Below, in pieces: positions 59,619 through 64,000 of a DNA stretch of 64,000 nucleotides. Under the pieces are notes generated by a model that ran no database searches, was not told the DNA's origin, and saw only the letters and a program-made list of their open reading frames with translations. The DNA comes from Limnothrix sp. BL-A-16. Its GTDB lineage: Bacteria > Cyanobacteriota > Cyanobacteriia > CACIAM-69d. The DNA is taken from contig CP166615.1 in the NCBI GenBank assembly GCA_041937175.2, positions 3,872,001 through 3,936,000 on the forward strand, in the 5' to 3' direction. Both the position numbers and the translations under genes were made by a program. Every line of letters starts with the position of its first letter. Position 1 is the first letter of the stretch.

Positions 59619-60398
59619 TTAGGGCGTGGTTTTCAAATTTTCCAGACCCGTCGTGACGCTGGCTTTCTCAATTCGATCGCCCTGTTGCACCTGGTCGATC
59701 GTCTCCATGCCCTTGGTCACATAGCCAAACACCGCATAGCTACCGTCCAGCGGGGTTAACTCCGCCAGCGCAAAGTAAAACTGCGACGAGGCGGAATCCG
59801 GCGACATCGATCGCGCCATGGCCACCGCGCCCCGCTTGTGGGTTAAAACCGGCGTTTCTGCAATACCCAAATCGGGGAACGTCGCGCCATAGACCGGCTG
59901 CGCTTGACCCTTGGGCTTAATTTCTAGGGGAATGGTGCGCTCGCGGCCCGTTTTGGGATCCGTGAAACCGCTCATTCCCAACTCCGTGATCGGAACCTTG
60001 GGATCCTTGCTGCGCGGGTCGCCCCCTTGCACCACAAAGGGCACCGGCTCCCGCACCACCCGGTGGAACATCAAGCCGTCATAGACCCCACGGTTCACCA
60101 AATCCACAAAATTTCCCGCCGTGATCGGGGCGTTGTTGCCGTCCACCTCAATCTCCACCGGTTGACCCTTAATGGTCATGGTCACGGTTGCTTTGCCGGT
60201 TAACTGGGGCAAACCGGCGGGCAACTGGGCCGGCGTGGCCGCAACCGACGGCGTGGGGCTGCTCACTTGACGGCTATCGGCCGGTTGACCCGCACAGCCC
60301 GCGATCGAAAAAACCAGCAATGCGGCAATGGGCGCTAGCCAGAGCTTCCGGAATGCGTTTTTGCAGGTTTTCATGCAAGTGGTTGCTAAATAGCTCAT
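59619..60398 (-). CDS. Cyclophilin-type peptidyl-prolyl isomerase, lipoprotein-like
   Basis: APITAGNFVDLV, FHRVV, GAVAMARS, SQFYF, YAVFGYV. Confidence 0.92.
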   Translation of the reverse strand: MSYLATTCMKTCKNAFRKLWLAPIAALLVFSIAGCAGQPADSRQVSSPTPSVAATPAQLPAGLPQLTGKATVTMTIKGQPVEIEVDGNNAPITAGNFVDLVNRGVYDGLMFHRVVREPVPFVVQGGDPRSKDPKVPITELGMSGFTDPKTGRERTIPLEIKPKGQAQPVYGATFPDLGIAETPVLTHKRGAVAMARSMSPDSASSQFYFALAELTPLDGSYAVFGYVTKGMETIDQVQQGDRIEKASVTTGLENLKTTP

Positions 60399-60400
60399 GG

Positions 60401-60967
60401 TTACAGACCTTCCAGCGGCACAGCCAGAAACTTGGCCAAGGCGGCTCCTTCCGTTTCCAGTTCGGTCAGAGACAGGGGTTGACCGACCCGAGTTAGGGGA
60501 ATATCGCGCATATTTTTCACCCGCAGATACAAAGCCCGCCGGGGGTTAATCCCTTCCTTGAGGTCTACGCGCACCGATTGAATCGCGCTCAGGTCGCAGG
60601 TGAGCTTTACTTCACGATTTTTGCCGGGATAGCCCCACCGGAAAATGGTGGCTTTGCCCGTGGTGCGATCGAACTCGTTATAACCACCGCCCACATTCCA
60701 GCGAATGGTTAACCACAGATAGGTGGCCAGCAGTGACCCGGCGGTGCCATACAGCCCCATCACCAGTCCTTGGGGGACAAACACGAGCTTGGTGGGGTCT
60801 GAGAACAACAGCAGATTCACGCCCAGGTAACTCGACAAACCGGCAAGCAAAAAGCCCGTAGCGCCGATGGTGACGATCGTGGCGATCGCATAGCTACTGA
60901 GACGGCGCGCGCCGACAATCTCCGTCCGCAACAGGCGATCGGATTGGGGATCGGTGGAGACAGTCAT
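60401..60967 (-). CDS. ycf4: Photosystem I assembly protein Ycf4
   Basis: GARRLS, PQGLVMGLYG, WNVGGGYNEF, FRWGYPGKNR. Confidence 0.95.
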   Translation of the reverse strand: MTVSTDPQSDRLLRTEIVGARRLSSYAIATIVTIGATGFLLAGLSSYLGVNLLLFSDPTKLVFVPQGLVMGLYGTAGSLLATYLWLTIRWNVGGGYNEFDRTTGKATIFRWGYPGKNREVKLTCDLSAIQSVRVDLKEGINPRRALYLRVKNMRDIPLTRVGQPLSLTELETEGAALAKFLAVPLEGL

Positions 60968-61874
60968 AGGTGTATGGCTTAAAAATTGCTTGTGTATCGA
61001 AAACAGGTGTGGGAATGCAGGGGGGATGAAACGCTTGTTTGCCCCAAACTGCTGGCTCAGACCGGCCATGACTTGAGCGGGCCCGGTTGCTCCATCAGGA
61101 ATCGTCCCTTCAACAGTCTAAGCAAACTTGGCAGATTCCTAAAAATCTTGGCGAAAGACAACGATCCAAGAATGGCTGACAAACATTAAGCATAATTACT
61201 TATTTTTTCTTAACAAAGGTCTTAGATTGCGAGAAATAACAAAAATCGAAATAGGGCGATCGCCCGGAGCCGCGAACTCGGTGATGGTGACTTGGCGCTG
61301 GATTGCGATCTGGCTACGAGATTGACCACCCATGGGCTGTGGATTGGCATGGGAATTGGCGGTGGTCTGTTACGGAGCCACCCATCGATCCCCGCAATTC
61401 TTAAATTAGTCTGAAATTGATCGGAAGGGTTTTCGCCGCCCGCGATCCCGCCAGCGGGCCCCATTGACGCGATCCACCTGGGTTTGATCAACTCCGTTAC
61501 GAGATTCCCCGCCCCCCGATCGCCCCTTCAATTATCATGAGATTTGTAATCGATGTGATCGTTCGACTAAACCCTGGAAACCAGTCCAAATTTTCTGATT
61601 TGGTTGCCAGACTTGCGATCGCCCTACCCTCACCCGAAATGAGTGTGGTAGGTTAAGAAAAATTAACCGATCTCAGCAATCGATGGCATCGGCAACGGCG
61701 CTCTTCTGGGTGGAGGTGCAACTCATGCCCCGACCCCCTGCGGATTCTCACCGTTGCCTAGGCCCCGATCGCGAGACGGGTCAAAATTCTACGGAACCGG
61801 AAGCGCTTCAAACCCGCCTCACGACCGTAGATATCGCAATTTTGAACCTCTGTTAACAGATAGAGAGGAACTCC

Positions 61875-62933
61875 ATGACCATCGCAGTTGGACGCGTGGG
61901 CACGGAACGCGGGTGGTTCGACGTAGTGGACGACTGGCTGAAGCGAGATCGCTTCGTCTTCGTCGGCTGGTCGGGTCTGCTGTTGTTCCCCTGCGCATAC
62001 CTCGCCCTCGGAGGCTGGCTGACCGGCACCACCTTCGTCACCTCGTGGTACACCCACGGATTGGCCTCGTCGTACCTGGAAGGATGCAACTTCCTGACCG
62101 TCGCCGTGTCCACCCCGGCGAATAGCTTGGGTCACTCGCTGCTGCTGCTGTGGGGTCCCGAAGCACAGGGAGACTTCGTGCGCTGGTGTCAGTTGGGCGG
62201 CTTGTGGAACTTTGTGGCGTTGCATGGGGCATTTGGACTGATCGGCTTCATGCTGCGTCAGTTTGAGATTGCCCGCTTGGTGGGGATTCGTCCTTACAAC
62301 GCGATCGCCTTCTCGGGCCCGATCGCGGTGTTTGTGTCGGTATTCCTGATGTACCCGTTGGGTCAATCGGGCTGGTTCTTTGCGCCCAGCTTTGGAGTGG
62401 CATCGATCTTCCGGTTCCTGCTGTTCCTGCAAGGGTTCCACAACTGGACGCTGAATCCGTTCCACATGATGGGTGTTGCCGGGATTCTCGGCGGTGCGCT
62501 GCTGTGCGCCATCCACGGTGCAACGGTAGAAAACACCCTGTTCCAAGATGGGGAAAAGGCGAACACCTTTGGTGCATTTGAGCCGACCCAAGCCGAAGAA
62601 ACCTACTCGATGGTGACGGCGAACCGATTCTGGTCGCAAATCTTCGGGATTGCGTTCTCGAACAAGCGTTGGCTGCACTTCTTCATGCTGTTCGTGCCCG
62701 TGATGGGTCTGTGGACGAGTTCGATCGGGATTGTGGGATTGGGCTTGAACCTGCGGGCATACGACTTCGTGTCGCAAGAGCTGCGGGCGGCTGAAGACCC
62801 CGAATTCGAGACGTTCTACACGAAGAACATCCTGTTGAACGAAGGCATCCGCGCTTGGATGGCTCCGCAAGACCAACCCCACGAAAACTTCATCTTCCCC
62901 GAAGAGGTCCTGCCCCGTGGAAACGCCCTTTAA
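61875..62933 (+). CDS. psbD: Photosystem II D2 protein
   Basis: MTIAVG...[16 protein letters not shown]...[10 protein letters not shown]. Confidence 0.99.
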   Translation: MTIAVGRVGTERGWFDVVDDWLKRDRFVFVGWSGLLLFPCAYLALGGWLTGTTFVTSWYTHGLASSYLEGCNFLTVAVSTPANSLGHSLLLLWGPEAQGDFVRWCQLGGLWNFVALHGAFGLIGFMLRQFEIARLVGIRPYNAIAFSGPIAVFVSVFLMYPLGQSGWFFAPSFGVASIFRFLLFLQGFHNWTLNPFHMMGVAGILGGALLCAIHGATVENTLFQDGEKANTFGAFEPTQAEETYSMVTANRFWSQIFGIAFSNKRWLHFFMLFVPVMGLWTSSIGIVGLGLNLRAYDFVSQELRAAEDPEFETFYTKNILLNEGIRAWMAPQDQPHENFIFPEEVLPRGNAL

Positions 62934-64000
62934 TACTGCAATGGTCGTGGGCGGCCGTGACCAAGATTCCACCGGGTTTGCCTGGTGGTCGGGTAACGCC
63001 CGTCTGATTAACCTGTCCGGAAAGCTGCTGGGTGCTCACGTGGCCCACGCTGGCTTGATTGTGTTCTGGGCCGGTGCGATGACGTTGTTTGAACTGTCGC
63101 ACTTCATCCCTGAAAAGCCCATGTATGAGCAGGGCTTCATCCTGCTGCCTCACCTGGCCACGTTGGGCTTGGGTGTGGGTCCCGGTGGCGAAGTGGTGGA
63201 TACCTTCCCTTACTTCGTGGCGGGCGTGCTGCACTTGATTTCGTCGGCGGTGCTCGGCTTGGGTGGGATTTACCACGCCATCCGCGGCCCCGAAACCCTT
63301 GAAGAGTACTCGTCCTTCTTCGGCTACGACTGGAAGGACAAGAACCAAATGACCAACATCATCGGCTATCACCTGATCCTGTTGGGTTGCGGTGCGTTGC
63401 TGCTGGTGTTTAAGGCCATGTTCTTTGGCGGCGTTTACGACACCTGGGCTCCCGGTGGCGGTGACGTGCGTGTCATTACCAACCCGACCCTGAACCCGGC
63501 GCGGATCTTTGGCTACCTGACCAAGGCTCCCTTTGGCGGCGAAGGCTGGATTGTCTCCGTGAACAACATGGAAGACATCATCGGCGGCCATATTTGGGTG
63601 GGTCTGACCTGCATTGCCGGTGGTATCTGGCACATCCTGACCAAGCCGTTTGCTTGGGCGCGTCGTGCGTTCATCTGGTCCGGTGAAGCTTACCTGTCCT
63701 ACAGCTTGGGCGCTCTGTCGTTGATGGGCTTCATTGCCTCGACGATGGTGTGGTACAACAACACCGCTTATCCGAGCGAGTTCTTTGGCCCTACCGGCCC
63801 TGAAGCTTCGCAGGCTCAAGCACTGACCTTCTTGATTCGTGACCAACGTTTGGGTGCAAACGTGGGTTCGGCTCAAGGCCCCACGGGTCTGGGTAAATAT
63901 CTGATGCGTTCGCCTTCGGGTGAAATCATCTTTGGTGGTGAAACGATGCGTTTCTGGGACTTCCAAGGCCCTTGGCTGGAACCCCTGCGCGGCCCCAACG
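62917..64000 (+). CDS. psbC: Photosystem II CP43, truncated by the window edge
   Basis: GTG start overlapping psb[33 protein letters not shown]. Confidence 0.98.
   Translation, partial: METPFNTAMVVGGRDQDSTGFAWWSGNARLINLSGKLLGAHVAHAGLIVFWAGAMTLFELSHFIPEKPMYEQGFILLPHLATLGLGVGPGGEVVDTFPYFVAGVLHLISSAVLGLGGIYHAIRGPETLEEYSSFFGYDWKDKNQMTNIIGYHLILLGCGALLLVFKAMFFGGVYDTWAPGGGDVRVITNPTLNPARIFGYLTKAPFGGEGWIVSVNNMEDIIGGHIWVGLTCIAGGIWHILTKPFAWARRAFIWSGEAYLSYSLGALSLMGFIASTMVWYNNTAYPSEFFGPTGPEASQAQALTFLIRDQRLGANVGSAQGPTGLGKYLMRSPSGEIIFGGETMRFWDFQGPWLEPLRGPN

Noticed and set aside
61758..63966. Long minus-strand ORFs (404 and 358 aa)
   Set aside because: Antisense shadows of the codon-biased psbD and psbC.
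1..64000. CRISPR array
   Set aside because: No repeat-spacer series was seen. The 20-bp palindromes are dispersed, and the 14- and 27-bp repeats lack spacers.

Overview
Chromosomal window from a high-GC cyanobacterium rich in HIP1 (GCGATCGC). A filamentous, probably non-heterocystous Limnothrix-like host is inferred, not proven. Core genes include psbD-psbC, ycf4, the rplS-trnW-secE-nusG-rplKA-rplJL cluster, pyrR, msrA, hspA, scpB, crcB, larC, a pilT2-type ATPase and two CpcT-family lyases. There are two accessory DNA-modification loci: XisH/XisI + a small MazG-like ORF + an orphan C5 methyltransferase, and a type III R-M system split by a second XisH/XisI pair. A 2054-aa CBS/cyanobacteriochrome hybrid kinase is also present. 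The most notable observations are: (i) a probable 6S RNA followed by a second rod-shaped RNA of the same architecture before one terminator; (ii) an IS200/IS605 remnant of about omega-RNA scaffold size with an intact right end; (iii) a PatX-like RGSGR peptide with a TCCGGA motif upstream; (iv) a one-base frameshift in the Pro-rich N-terminus of pilT2; (v) REP-like in-frame inserts in both R-M genes and a HEPN-like tail on Res; (vi) a dispersed 20-bp palindrome/mini-element family. No CRISPR array or rRNA was seen. All family calls come from motif recognition by eye; no searches were run.
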